A DNA stretch of 64,000 nt from Prevotella sp. (GTDB lineage: Bacteria; Bacteroidota; Bacteroidia; Bacteroidales; Bacteroidaceae): the NCBI GenBank assembly GCA_016291005.1, contig JAEEVT010000002.1, positions 6-64,005 of the forward strand, written 5' to 3'. Below the pieces are notes generated by a model. The model searched no databases. It was not told where the DNA came from and saw only the letters and a list, made by a program, of their open reading frames with translations. The position numbers were made by a program, and so were the translations under genes. This document shows, piece after piece, positions 1 through 14,800 of the stretch (position 1 is its first letter; each line of letters starts with the position of its first letter).

Positions 1-2591
1 TTCTTTGTTATTTGTTCATTGTTATTTAGACGCGCGGCGTCGCTGATTCCTGTCGTCAGCACTTCGAATTCGCCAGTGAACGACTCACGGCTATTCTCCA
101 CGATGACGGTGTAACGGCCTTTGGCATAGGCGGAGATGTCGATGCTGAGGCCTACGATGGTGCCTGCATTGATGGTCTTCTCATAGACGACTTGGCCTGA
201 TTCGTTAGTAATGCTTACCAAGTAGGCATCGTCGAGCGGGTCAAGATGAATGCCTAACAGCAGGTCGTTGTATTCACCATATAGCGACTGTGCTTCACCA
301 CTCCTCCTCGGTACCTTAACCTCCGGTTGAGCCACCTCACGCTCGGAAGAGCCGATGCAAGCATCGCTATTCTCTTGCTTAAACGGTGCCTTGGGATTTG
401 TCTTGATGGTATGGGTGAAGTCGAAGCGGTCTTTTCGTGAACCCTCAGAGGTCGTTCCGTCCTCATATTCGTCGTTGAGGTAGATAACCTCATCGCCAAC
501 GGTACATGACATCAGGAAGTGCCCAAGATCTACTAACGTCGGATCAAACGCATTTGCTGTCAGTCCATCAATACCTCCGACTCCTTCCAACCAGAAGGTA
601 CTGTGGATGTTTTGGCCTTCGTTTTGACACAACATGATATCCCTGTAAACACCTTTAAAGCCTTTTATTCCTCCCGTCTGCTTCGGTCCAATAATAAAAG
701 TCCGATCATTAGGATAATCTGGATTGTCATTCAGGAAATACAGGGTTTCATTGGCACCGAGGGAGAAGTCATACATCATCCTCATAGACTGTGTCCCCTC
801 GTAGCAAAAGTACACTTTCTGATTCTCTTCGTACCATGCTCCTACTTTTCTCAAGGAATTTGGATTTGAAAAATCATAATAATTTGGATATTCAGGACTG
901 ACATATTGCTGGCACATCATCTGCTTGCAGGTCTTTCCATTGATGATCGTGTCGCCATCGAAGTAATAGTAGTCTACTATCTGCACAGGATTACCCGAAA
1001 ATATGGCACCAAACTTCCACACCTTACCGTCTTCAATCATTGGACGATAAGCTATTTGAGTTTCGAGTGGGACGATAGCTCCGAACTCGTTCCAAGGACT
1101 TGAAGCTTGATAGTTCTCAATAGATGCTTCAGGCACATGGAGGGTAATCTGCGAGAGGTCAACATCTCCAAAGGCATTATTGTTTGTATCAGGTACAGTT
1201 TTTGCATGGCAGTAAATATCTTTTATATTAGAAAGATATCTAAAAGCAAAGCCATCAATATAATTGATGCTTTCGGGTAAATCAAATGACTGCATAGCCT
1301 CACAGCCAATGAAGGCGCCATTGCCTATAGTAGTGATACCAAACGGAATAATGACCTCGGTCAATTTGCTACAGTCACGGAACATATCAGTTGGAATTTC
1401 TTTTAGATTTGGAGACAAGGTAGCACTCTTAAGTGACGTACAACCCATAAAGGCACCCCTACCAACCGTCGTAACACTTTTTGGTATTGAGATGGCATCC
1501 AAACTGCTGCATTCATAGAAAGCATAAGAATCTATAATGGTTACACTCTCTGGAATAACAAAAGATTTCAGTTTTATACAATTCCTAAAAAGACTAGTTG
1601 GCAATTCATTGATGTTAGACGAAAGAACAACTTCTTCTAAGCTTTTACTATTATAAAACATATGAGAGCCTAAGGTTTCCATATTGTCGGGCAATACTAT
1701 TAATTTCAAGTATTGACTATTTATAAACGCATACAACGAAGCTTTTTTTACACCATCTGGCACTGTATACGACTCTCGTGGCGAGGCAGCGGGATAGCCA
1801 ATAAGAGTGGTCTTGTCTTTGTTGAAAAGCACACCGTCTACAGAACTCAACACAGGATTTCCCTCTTCCACTTCTATTGCTTCCAAAGACAAACAACTGT
1901 TGAATGGACTATGGGGAAAATCCTCTAAGCTGCCAAAATCTGTATTCTTGACGCTCTTAGGAAGGATAATCTTTTTTATGGTACATTTTGTGTCAAATAC
2001 CCCCGGACTAATACTGGTAACAGTATATTTCTCGCCCTTGTTTTCTACTTCAGATGGTATCTGCAGTATTTCTGTATTATTATCCCATTCACTCTGATAT
2101 AACAGCTTGGCCTGATGTGTGGTCTTCAATAACTGATACTTTAACCCATCTATGTAAACATCTTCAGTATTATATTCCAAAACTAATGGTTCACCATCGG
2201 TCAGTTCTACCTGCCCGTCATACCACCAGCAAGTTAAATAGAAATTGTTATTCTCTAAATCACGAACTGTAAAAGATACGTTGAAAGGACAATTGCAGTC
2301 CATGTCAGCAGGAATAACAGGAACTACACTGATGGTCACAGAGCAGGGTTCATATCCGTTGCCTCCGCTTACGTTGGTTGTCACATCAAAGTCCCTCGTA
2401 CCGCAATTACTCATATAGTTTTGCAGTTGCACCGATAAAATGTTGCCCTCTTTCGTCAGGATGATAGTCGGTGTATAAACCATGTTACCTCGTGTCATCG
2501 ACAGACAGCCACTATTCTGTACGTCTGATACTGTCTGGGCACTTGCCAGCATTGGCAAGAAAAACATGAATAAAAATAATGATCGTTTCAT
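1..2591 (-). CDS. Secreted BspA-type leucine-rich-repeat surface protein, probable T9SS cargo; 3' end lies outside the window
   Basis: Manual translation from ATG 2591 (MKRSLFLFMFFLPMLASAQ) stays in frame to the window edge, which is why the ORF track omits it. Domains: Cys-containing N-domain, LRR_5 repeats (IPESVTIIDSYAFYECSSL, IPKSVTTVGRGAFMGCTSL), a YRPMIEDGKVW...WLEGVG domain, a DUF3244-like Ig domain and a TTGI linker. Confidence 0.85.
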   Translation of the reverse strand, partial: MKRSLFLFMFFLPMLASAQTVSDVQNSGCLSMTRGNMVYTPTIILTKEGNILSVQLQNYMSNCGTRDFDVTTNVSGGNGYEPCSVTISVVPVIPADMDCNCPFNVSFTVRDLENNNFYLTCWWYDGQVELTDGEPLVLEYNTEDVYIDGLKYQLLKTTHQAKLLYQSEWDNNTEILQIPSEVENKGEKYTVTSISPGVFDTKCTIKKIILPKSVKNTDFGSLEDFPHSPFNSCLSLEAIEVEEGNPVLSSVDGVLFNKDKTTLIGYPAASPRESYTVPDGVKKASLYAFINSQYLKLIVLPDNMETLGSHMFYNSKSLEEVVLSSNINELPTSLFRNCIKLKSFVIPESVTIIDSYAFYECSSLDAISIPKSVTTVGRGAFMGCTSLKSATLSPNLKEIPTDMFRDCSKLTEVIIPFGITTIGNGAFIGCEAMQSFDLPESINYIDGFAFRYLSNIKDIYCHAKTVPDTNNNAFGDVDLSQITLHVPEASIENYQASSPWNEFGAIVPLETQIAYRPMIEDGKVWKFGAIFSGNPVQIVDYYYFDGDTIINGKTCKQMMCQQYVSPEYPNYYDFSNPNSLRKVGAWYEENQKVYFCYEGTQSMRMMYDFSLGANETLYFLNDNPDYPNDRTFIIGPKQTGGIKGFKGVYRDIMLCQNEGQNIHSTFWLEGVGGIDGLTANAFDPTLVDLGHFLMSCTVGDEVIYLNDEYEDGTTSEGSRKDRFDFTHTIKTNPKAPFKQENSDACIGSSEREVAQPEVKVPRRSGEAQSLYGEYNDLLLGIHLDPLDDAYLVSITNESGQVVYEKTINAGTIVGLSIDISAYAKGRYTVIVENSRESFTGEFEVLTTGISDAARLNNNEQITK

Positions 2592-2611
2592 ATCTGTATT
2601 TTTTTTATTTC

Positions 2612-4072
2612 TTACTTCTTACCTATAACATCTTTTCTGTTGAGTATCTGTTCCAGCGTGATGTCTGGGTTGCTCTCTCCGAACACATCCTTCTTCAGCT
2701 TGAGTTTGCGATGCTGGACGGCGGAGACGGTGATGCAGTAGATGTTGCCGATGGTGCGGTTGCTGAGACCGAGCCGCGTGAGGATACAAAGGCGGATGTC
2801 GTCTTCCTGCATAGTGGGATGTTGTTCACGTATCTTGGCAAAGCGGTTGCCGTCGATGGCGTTGAGCGTACGTTCTATCTCGCTCCATTCGTGCGGACTG
2901 AGATAGATGAGCGAGTCGTCGCTTTGGTTTAGCTTCTTCAGCACTTCCGTACGTTCGAGGATGAAGTCTTGCAGGAACGCCACCACTTCGTTGGACTGGT
3001 GCAACAAGGTCTTCTGATGCTCGGCCTCCTGCTGAAGCCGACGTTTCTCCTGTTCCTGAACGAGTAGCTCGTTTTCCAGTTTCGACTGCTCATACGCTCG
3101 TTGCTGACGAAGCATACGGATGCGATAGCGAAGCGCCAGCACCACCGTAAGAAGGATGACGACTGAGGCTATGATGACTATCAGGAGTGTCCGGCCATAC
3201 ATCTTTGAGCGGTACTCCAGTTGCTGGTTCTCCATCTCCTGGCGCAACGTCTCCTGATAGTACTGGTCTTTCTGTTCCAGCGCCTTGTAATAGAAACCCT
3301 CTATTTGCCCGAAAGCCTCGGCTATGCTATCCTCCACCTGTGTGGCGCCCATCCGTCGGAGTGCGATCTTCGCGAGGTTACTCTGCACGATATATGCCAG
3401 GTGGACATCATTGCCAGGTTCAATCTGCCGATAGACCGTTTCTGCCGAATCGAGCATGTTAAGGCTGAGGTAACTGCGAGCCAGCACTTGCAATGCGCCT
3501 GGTTTCAGGTCGTTTGTCGCTGCCGATTCTGCCCGATGGGCATAGTCGAGTGCCTGGCGATAGTCCTCCCTGGCCCAGGCAATGTTTGCAAGACTGGTGA
3601 GCGTCTGGCACATCAAGTCCGTCATCTGCTTTTTCTCAGCGATATCGTAAGCACGACGGATGAAGTCGAGTGCTTCATCGTAGGAACCCTCCGTGGTGAA
3701 AGCCACCTGTGCGGCGTATGTTCCAGCAAAATCGAGCAGAATGACATAGTTGCGCTCATCGTCGGGATGCTGCTCATAGATGGCTAAGGATTTCTTCATC
3801 AGACGCAACGCCTCCTCTGGGTTACCCTGCGACAATGCTCTCGCCAATCGCTGATACGCGATATAATAGGTGTGCCAGTCCTCTGACGCTTCAGCCATCT
3901 TTATGGTCTTTCGCAGCAGAGTCTCACCCTGGCGGATGCTGTCGTTGGCCAAAGCAGCCTCAGCGTCCTCCAGACAACGAGCTGCCGTCTGTGGCTCCGT
4001 CTTCGGCTGTTGCTGACTGCAGGCAGCCATCAGAACGCCTATGATGAATATGTACAATGACCTTGCAAACAT
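2612..4072 (-). CDS. Membrane-anchored regulator: lipoprotein signal, TPR sensor, TM helix, coiled coil, C-terminal LuxR-like HTH
   Basis: Lipobox LMAAC, TPR helices, TM LLIVIIASVVILLTVVLAL, C-terminal LCILTRLGLSNRTIGNIYCITVSAVQHRKLKLKK. Start moved to ATG 4072 because the track's TTG 4105 lies inside the -7 promoter box. Confidence 0.8.
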   Translation of the reverse strand: MFARSLYIFIIGVLMAACSQQQPKTEPQTAARCLEDAEAALANDSIRQGETLLRKTIKMAEASEDWHTYYIAYQRLARALSQGNPEEALRLMKKSLAIYEQHPDDERNYVILLDFAGTYAAQVAFTTEGSYDEALDFIRRAYDIAEKKQMTDLMCQTLTSLANIAWAREDYRQALDYAHRAESAATNDLKPGALQVLARSYLSLNMLDSAETVYRQIEPGNDVHLAYIVQSNLAKIALRRMGATQVEDSIAEAFGQIEGFYYKALEQKDQYYQETLRQEMENQQLEYRSKMYGRTLLIVIIASVVILLTVVLALRYRIRMLRQQRAYEQSKLENELLVQEQEKRRLQQEAEHQKTLLHQSNEVVAFLQDFILERTEVLKKLNQSDDSLIYLSPHEWSEIERTLNAIDGNRFAKIREQHPTMQEDDIRLCILTRLGLSNRTIGNIYCITVSAVQHRKLKLKKDVFGESNPDITLEQILNRKDVIGKK

Positions 4073-4102
4073 TGTTATCGGTTTTTTGTCATTTCTCGGT
4101 TG

Positions 4103-4110
4103 CAAAGTTA
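4103..4110 (-). promoter_or_regulatory. Bacteroidota -7 promoter element TAACTTTG
   Basis: Matches TAnnTTTG, about 30 bp upstream of ATG 4072. Confidence 0.6.
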
Positions 4111-4141
4111 CGACAATATTTCTAAAGTTGTATCAGTTACC

Positions 4142-4249
4142 TATGGAAAAGATGCAAAAGAAGGAAATCAGGAAACTGCTACAAATCAGTGGCTTATGGA
4201 AAAGCGCCCATAACACCCTATGGAAAATTTTGATTGATGGTATGGAAAA
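4142..4249. repeat. Four direct TATGGAAAA repeats upstream of the TPR regulator
   Basis: Copies start at 4142, 4195, 4219 and 4241. Confidence 0.7.
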
Positions 4250-4282
4250 AAGGGCCTGTCTGCCAGAAAAATGCCCAGACAG

Positions 4283-4392
4283 CATGTTAGGTTCGATGGT
4301 AGGTTGGATGGTAGGTCTCCGAAAACAAACCTACCATCGACAAGCCCTTTGTCTATCGGGGTTTCAGGCTGCGATGGTAGGTTGTTAGGTTA
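4283..4392 (-). repeat. AACCTACCAT repeat element, copy R1
   Basis: About 110 bp with direct and inverted AACCTA(C/A)CAT motifs; colinear with the copies at 43558, 51033 and 52967. Confidence 0.9.
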
Positions 4393-4397
4393 CTTTA

Positions 4398-9136
<4,739 letters not shown>

Positions 9137-9175
9137 AAGCGTAATATTTAATAGTTTTCTGCCCTCAAAGTTACG

Positions 9176-9207
9176 AAAAATCCCCATTCGTTGGTTGCGA
9201 ATGGGGA
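9176..9207 (-). terminator. Intrinsic terminator after the MFS gene
   Basis: TCCCCATTCG/CGAATGGGGA stem followed by a T tract on the minus strand. Confidence 0.7.
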
Positions 9208-9227
9208 GTGAAATGTAAGATAAAGGG

Positions 9228-9241
9228 TGCAAACGATTGCA
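9228..9241. promoter_or_regulatory. LacI-family operator upstream of malQ-susB
   Basis: TGCAAACGATTGCA, a near-palindrome with the LacI-type AAACG-TT core; matches the site at 11748. Confidence 0.7.
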
Positions 9242-10543
9242 TCATTTCTTGGTCTTGATGACCGTTACACAGGCCGCGCCGATGAAAAGACTGATGCCAG
9301 CCACCAGCATCATGCTGCTTTGTACAGAGCCGATGAGTGTGAGGATGGTACCACCCAGTATGGCAGCAATAATCTGTGGAACACAGATGGTGCCGTTGAA
9401 CAGTCCGAGATAGGCGCCCATGTGTCCATAGCCCTGCAAGGCGTTGGTAACCAGGGCAAACGGCATAGCCAGCATGGCAGCCCAGGCACAGCCGATGAGT
9501 ACAAACGGAACGAAGAGCAAGTACTGGTCGTGGATGAAAGGAACCATAGCGAAGCCAATACCGCCCAGCACCAGACTCAGCGAATAAGCCAGCTTGGCAT
9601 TCTTGAACTGTGTCAGTACAGCAGCCCAAACCACAGAGCCGATGGCCTGTACGGCAAAGAGAATGCCTACCCAGTCACCAGCGTCCTGGTAATCTTTGCT
9701 GGCAGTATCGGTGGTATTCCAAACGGTGTCGGCAATGGTGCCTGCCGTATAAGTCCACATATACATAAACGCCACCCAACAGAAGAACTGAACCAAGCCA
9801 ACTTTCCAGAAAGTTGAGGGAGCGTTCTTCAAAAGGGTTATCCAGTTAGCCTTCTCTTCTTTCTGCTCAGGCAACGGGTTGTACTCCAAGTACTCCTTCG
9901 GATTCCACTCCTTGACTTTCAGGGTCGTATAGATGACACAGAGAATGAGGATGGCAGCACCAATGTAGAACGACCAGATGACGCTGTCGGGAATGACACC
10001 CTTGGCAGCCACATTGCTAATGCCTACGAAGGCAAAGACGTAGGGGAACACGTAGCCCACGACGGAGCCAGCATTACACAGGAACGACTGGATGCCATAG
10101 GCCTTGGTCTTTTGCTCCTCGTTCACCATGTCGCCAACCAGCATCTTAAACGGTTGCATAGCCATGTTGATACTGGTGTCGAGGAACATCAGGGCAATCA
10201 GTCCGAACACTAAGGCTGCGCAAATTGTCAGTCCAAAAGAGCCGGAGTTCGGCAACAGGCACATCACTAATACGGCAACAAGTGCACCTACAAATAAATA
10301 AGGTATGCGACGGCCGAAGCGTGTCCAAGTCTTGTCACTCAGCGTGCCGACGATGGGTTGTACTAAAATACCCATCAGCGGCGGCAGTATCCAGAAGTAA
10401 CTCAGGTTGTGAGGGTCGGCACCTAGCGTAGCGAAGATGCGCGAGATATTTGCACTCTGCAGAGCGTAGGCAATCTGCACGCCAAAGAACCCAAAACTCA
10501 GGTTCCACAGGCTCCAAAACGGTAAATTAGGTTTTTGTTTCAT
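9242..10543 (-). CDS. MFS sugar transporter (SLC45/maltose permease-like)
   Basis: About 12 TM helices; SDKTWTRFGRRIPY and YLGLFNGTICVPQI motifs; located in a starch PUL. Confidence 0.85.
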   Translation of the reverse strand: MKQKPNLPFWSLWNLSFGFFGVQIAYALQSANISRIFATLGADPHNLSYFWILPPLMGILVQPIVGTLSDKTWTRFGRRIPYLFVGALVAVLVMCLLPNSGSFGLTICAALVFGLIALMFLDTSINMAMQPFKMLVGDMVNEEQKTKAYGIQSFLCNAGSVVGYVFPYVFAFVGISNVAAKGVIPDSVIWSFYIGAAILILCVIYTTLKVKEWNPKEYLEYNPLPEQKEEKANWITLLKNAPSTFWKVGLVQFFCWVAFMYMWTYTAGTIADTVWNTTDTASKDYQDAGDWVGILFAVQAIGSVVWAAVLTQFKNAKLAYSLSLVLGGIGFAMVPFIHDQYLLFVPFVLIGCAWAAMLAMPFALVTNALQGYGHMGAYLGLFNGTICVPQIIAAILGGTILTLIGSVQSSMMLVAGISLFIGAACVTVIKTKK

Positions 10544-10626
10544 ACTATGTTGTCTTTAAGTTATCTCTATGAATAGTGTAGCGTTGCAATGTCGAATAAA
10601 TAAAAAGGAGTTGTCGTAAATAGCTC

Positions 10627-11652
10627 TTACCTTGTTGTGCCGCGGATGATGAGACGAGTGCGGACGATGCGGCGTTCGGCTTTGTCACGGGGTAGGGCAC
10701 CCTCAACCTGACTGATCAGGATGTCAGCAGCCTCCTCGCCGACCTTGACGCCACGCTGTTCGACGGTAGTCAGCATGGGGTCGCAGGCTACGGCACGCTG
10801 GCCGTTGGTGAAGCCGCATACAGAAATATCGTCTGGCACACGGAATCCCATGCGCTTGGCAGTATAGAGGATGCCTATGGCTGTGTCGTCGTTGACGGCA
10901 AAGAAACCGTCGGGACGGTTTTCGACATTCAGCATTTGTGGTGTGATAGCTTCAGCATCGGCACGATTGTCACAAATTCTTGTAATGGATGCGTCATAAG
11001 GAAGTCCGTGCTTCAACAACGCATCCTTGTAGCCATTGAAACGGTTTTTGGAAATTTCCATGTTCGGAGCTGAACCATAGAAGGCAATGCGCTTGCATCC
11101 CGTCTCAATCAGGTGGGTTACGGCATTGAAGGCACCCATATAGTCATCGACCACCACGCGGCTGGCATTCACGCCAGTACAGATGCGGTCGTAGAAAACC
11201 AGGGGAACGCCTTCATCCATCAGGCGCTGGAAGTGGTCGTACTTATGCGTATCCTTGGCCTGCGAGACAATGACGCCGCATACTTTGTTCTCAAGAAACG
11301 ACTGGCAGATCTTGACCTCTCGTTCGTAGCCTTCGCCGCTCTGTGCCACCATGATACGATAGCCTCTGGCTGAGGCTTCCTCCTCGATGCCCGACAGCAC
11401 TGACGAGAAGTAGAAATGTGTAAACTCTGGGATGATGACGCCAATAACCTTGATGGGCTGGATGCGCGAAAAGCGCAACGACTCGGCAATGACATTCGGC
11501 GTAAAATGATGTTCACGAGCATATTGCTGAATAGCCGTCCTACGCTCTAATGAGATACGTGGCGAGTCCTTCAGGGCACGCGAAACTGTAGCCACCGAGA
11601 TGCCAAGTTCCCGGGCTATGTCCTTCATTGTCAATGGTGCCTTTTCGTTCAT
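10627..11652 (-). CDS. LacI-family transcriptional regulator (MalR-like)
   Basis: HTH TMKDIARELGISVATVSRAL plus a periplasmic-binding-protein-like sugar domain. Confidence 0.92.
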   Translation of the reverse strand: MNEKAPLTMKDIARELGISVATVSRALKDSPRISLERRTAIQQYAREHHFTPNVIAESLRFSRIQPIKVIGVIIPEFTHFYFSSVLSGIEEEASARGYRIMVAQSGEGYEREVKICQSFLENKVCGVIVSQAKDTHKYDHFQRLMDEGVPLVFYDRICTGVNASRVVVDDYMGAFNAVTHLIETGCKRIAFYGSAPNMEISKNRFNGYKDALLKHGLPYDASITRICDNRADAEAITPQMLNVENRPDGFFAVNDDTAIGILYTAKRMGFRVPDDISVCGFTNGQRAVACDPMLTTVEQRGVKVGEEAADILISQVEGALPRDKAERRIVRTRLIIRGTTR

Positions 11653-11747
11653 CACTTTTCTTAGGTTTTTAGCTTATCAGCTGCAAAGTTATTTAAAAGT
11701 TTTGTTCGATGTTTTCATACCTTATTTATTTTATAGCTTCAAGAAGT

Positions 11748-11759
11748 GCAAACGTTTGC
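11748..11759. promoter_or_regulatory. LacI-family operator between the divergent lacI and susC genes
   Basis: Perfect palindrome GCAAACGTTTGC. Confidence 0.8.
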
Positions 11760-11894
11760 GCTAACTATATAACGTATTTAAGCGAAAAAAAGTATGAACG
11801 AATCAAAACTTTCCTTATTTTTGCACTTGATTTAAATCAATAACACAACTTGCACTCGAGAATTATTATATATACTAACTTTAAAACTTAAAAG

Positions 11895-14800
11895 ATGAAG
11901 CAGGTAAACATTAAAATTCCGTTTAGGATGCTTGTCCTCATGCTTGGACTCTTCCTATCGGTAGGAGCCTTTGCGCAGCAAATTGCGGTGAAAGGCCATG
12001 TTAAAGATGCTCAAGGTGAAGATGTCATCGGTGCTACCGTACGTGTAGTAGGTACTCAGACCGCTGCCGTGACAGACTTCGACGGTAACTTCACCTTGCA
12101 AGCCAATCAGGGTGCTGACATCAGCATTTCTTATGTCGGCTATCAGACTATGACGGTGAAAGCTGCACCTACTCTGGACATTGTTCTGCAGGAAGATGCA
12201 ACGATGCTGGAGAACGTGGTGGTCATCGGTTACGGTGTAGCCCGTAAGACAGACTTGACTGGTTCTGTGACGGCTATGAAGCCCGATGAGAAGAACCACG
12301 GTCTGCAGGTCAGCGCCCAGGACATGATTCAGGGTAAGATTGCCGGTGTGAACGTCACAAACGGCGGTGGTACCCCTGGTGGTGGCGCTACAATCCGCAT
12401 CCGTGGCGGTTCTTCACTGAACGCCTCTAACGATCCGTTAATTGTGATTGATGGTCTGGCTATGGATAATCAGGGTATCAAGGGTGCTCCCAATGCTTTG
12501 GCAATGGTTAATCCGCAAGATATTGAGAGCTTCACTGTCCTGAAGGATGCTTCAGCAACGGCCATCTATGGTAGCCGCGGTTCTAACGGTGTCATCATCA
12601 TCACTACCAAGAAGGGTCGCAGAAACCAGAAACCCACAGTCAGTTACAATGGTAACGTTTCCGTATCATGGAAGCAGAAAGAACTTGACCTGTTGGATGC
12701 AGCCGGTTATCGTAAGTTCGTCACTGAATACTATGGTGTAGGTTCAAAGGCAGCAGCTCTGCTTGGCGACGCCAGCACCAACTGGCAAGATGAGATTTAT
12801 CGTACCGCCATTTCTACTGACCATAATGTGACGGTTGCCGGTGGTATGGCCAATATGCCTTATCGCGTCAGCGTTGGCTATACTGACCAGAACGGTATTC
12901 TGAAGACCAGCAACTACCAGCGTTTTACTGCCAACTTCAGCGTTAACCCGACGTTCTTTGAGGACCACCTGAAGTTGAACATCAACGGTAAGTTCATGTA
13001 CGCCCACACCAAGTATGCCAACGGCGACGCCATTGGCAACGCCACCCGCATAGACCCAACACAGCGCGTTTATTCGGATGATCCCGCGTTTAAGTCTTAC
13101 AACGGTTTCTGGCAGTGGACTACTCCCGATGACGTAAAAGGCACCGTGTTTAACGACAAGGCTGTGGCTAACCCAGTTTCAAATCTGGAAGAAAAGGACG
13201 ATCGCGCCAACTCATTCGACTACATGGGTAACATTGAGGCCGATTATCAGATCCACGGTTTCGAAGATCTTCGTTTGCACCTTAACCTCAGTGGTGACTG
13301 GGCTAATGGTAAGCAGAATACCGATATGGCTGAGTGGGGTCCTTCCTGCTACAGCTGGGGTAACACTGGTTTCACCAAGGAGAACAAATACAACCTCGTA
13401 GGTACTATTTATGCTCAGTACATGAAGGACTTCACCAAGGACCATCACTTCGACATCATGGCTGGTTATGAAATGTCCAAGGCCAAGTACTGGGGCAACA
13501 GTCTCTACTACGACACCTATTCCGTTAAAGGCAAGACTGCCGACCAGATTGCTGCCATGAAGTCAACTGACTTCCACAGCTACGGCGAAGGTATTTGGAA
13601 AGGCGAGAACAAGCTGCAGTCATACTATGGACGTATGAACTACTCGGCATTTGACATGCTGATGCTCACTGCTACCATGCGTATCGACGGTTCGTCTCGT
13701 TTCCACAAGGACGTACGCTGGGGTTACTTCCCCTCTGTCGCCCTCGGCTTCCGTGCCAGCGAACTCATCAAGGCCGACTGGCTTGACGACTTGAAGCTGC
13801 GTCTCGGCTGGGGTAAGACTGGTCAGCAGGACGGTATCGGCAACTATGTTTATTTTGCCTCTTATAACGTCAACGAGACCAACGTCAACGGACGCTATCC
13901 CATCAACGACGTCAACCCCACTGGTTTGCTCTATCGTCCCGATGCTTACAACAAGGATTTGAAGTGGGAGACCACGACGACCACTAACGTCGGTTTGGAC
14001 TGGACATTGTGGAACGGCCGCCTCAGCGGTACTGTTGACTACTACTTCCGTAAGACTACCGACCTGATCAACACCGCATCTGTATCTGCCGGTTCTAACT
14101 TCCGTAACCAGGTGACTTCAAACATCGGTTCTCTGGAGAACAAGGGTGTTGAGGTTTCACTCACCGTACGTCCTATTTCCACACAAGACTGGCAGTGGGA
14201 GATTACTGGTAACTTCACCTATAACAAGAACGAGATAACCGAACTGACTGGTGAGTCTTCACTGGTTATGACTGGTGGCATCTCTTCTGGTACAGGTAAC
14301 CAGTGTCAGGCTCATAGCGTAGGCCATCCGAAGAGCTCGTTCTATGTATTCCAGCAAGTTTACGCTGAGAACGGCAAGCCCATCGAAGGTATGTTTGTCG
14401 ACCGCAATGGCGACGGTACCATCTCTGATGCTGACCGTTATTTCTACAAGAGCCCCGATGCTCCTTATCTGGCAGGTCTGAGCTCTCGCGTACAGTATAA
14501 GAATTGGGACTTAGGCTTCGGTCTGCGTGCCAGCTTCAACAACTACGTATTCTGGGACAAGGGTGCTGGCGTGCAGAACACTGAGAAGCGCTTCGACTCT
14601 TCGTTCAACTATCTGCAGAACACCATCCCCATGATTCTTGAGAACATGTGGACGACCTATGACAACAAGTGCTGCTTGTCTGACTACTATGTGCGCAACG
14701 CATCGTTCCTGAAGTGTGACAACATCACGCTGGGTTATTCTTTCGATAACTTCTTCAAGACCTCAGGACGTTTGTATGCTTCTGCTACCAATGTGTTCAC

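Noticed and set aside
1-2591. Apparent gene-free or pseudogenised region in the ORF track, or possible stop-codon recoding
   Set aside because: A minus-strand frame is open from 2591 to the window edge; it is missing from the track only because its stop lies outside the window.
4283-4392. AACCTACCAT repeats or the 22-bp arrays as CRISPR
   Set aside because: There are no constant 23-47-bp repeats with unique spacers, the AACCTACCAT motifs occur in mixed orientations, and there are no cas genes.
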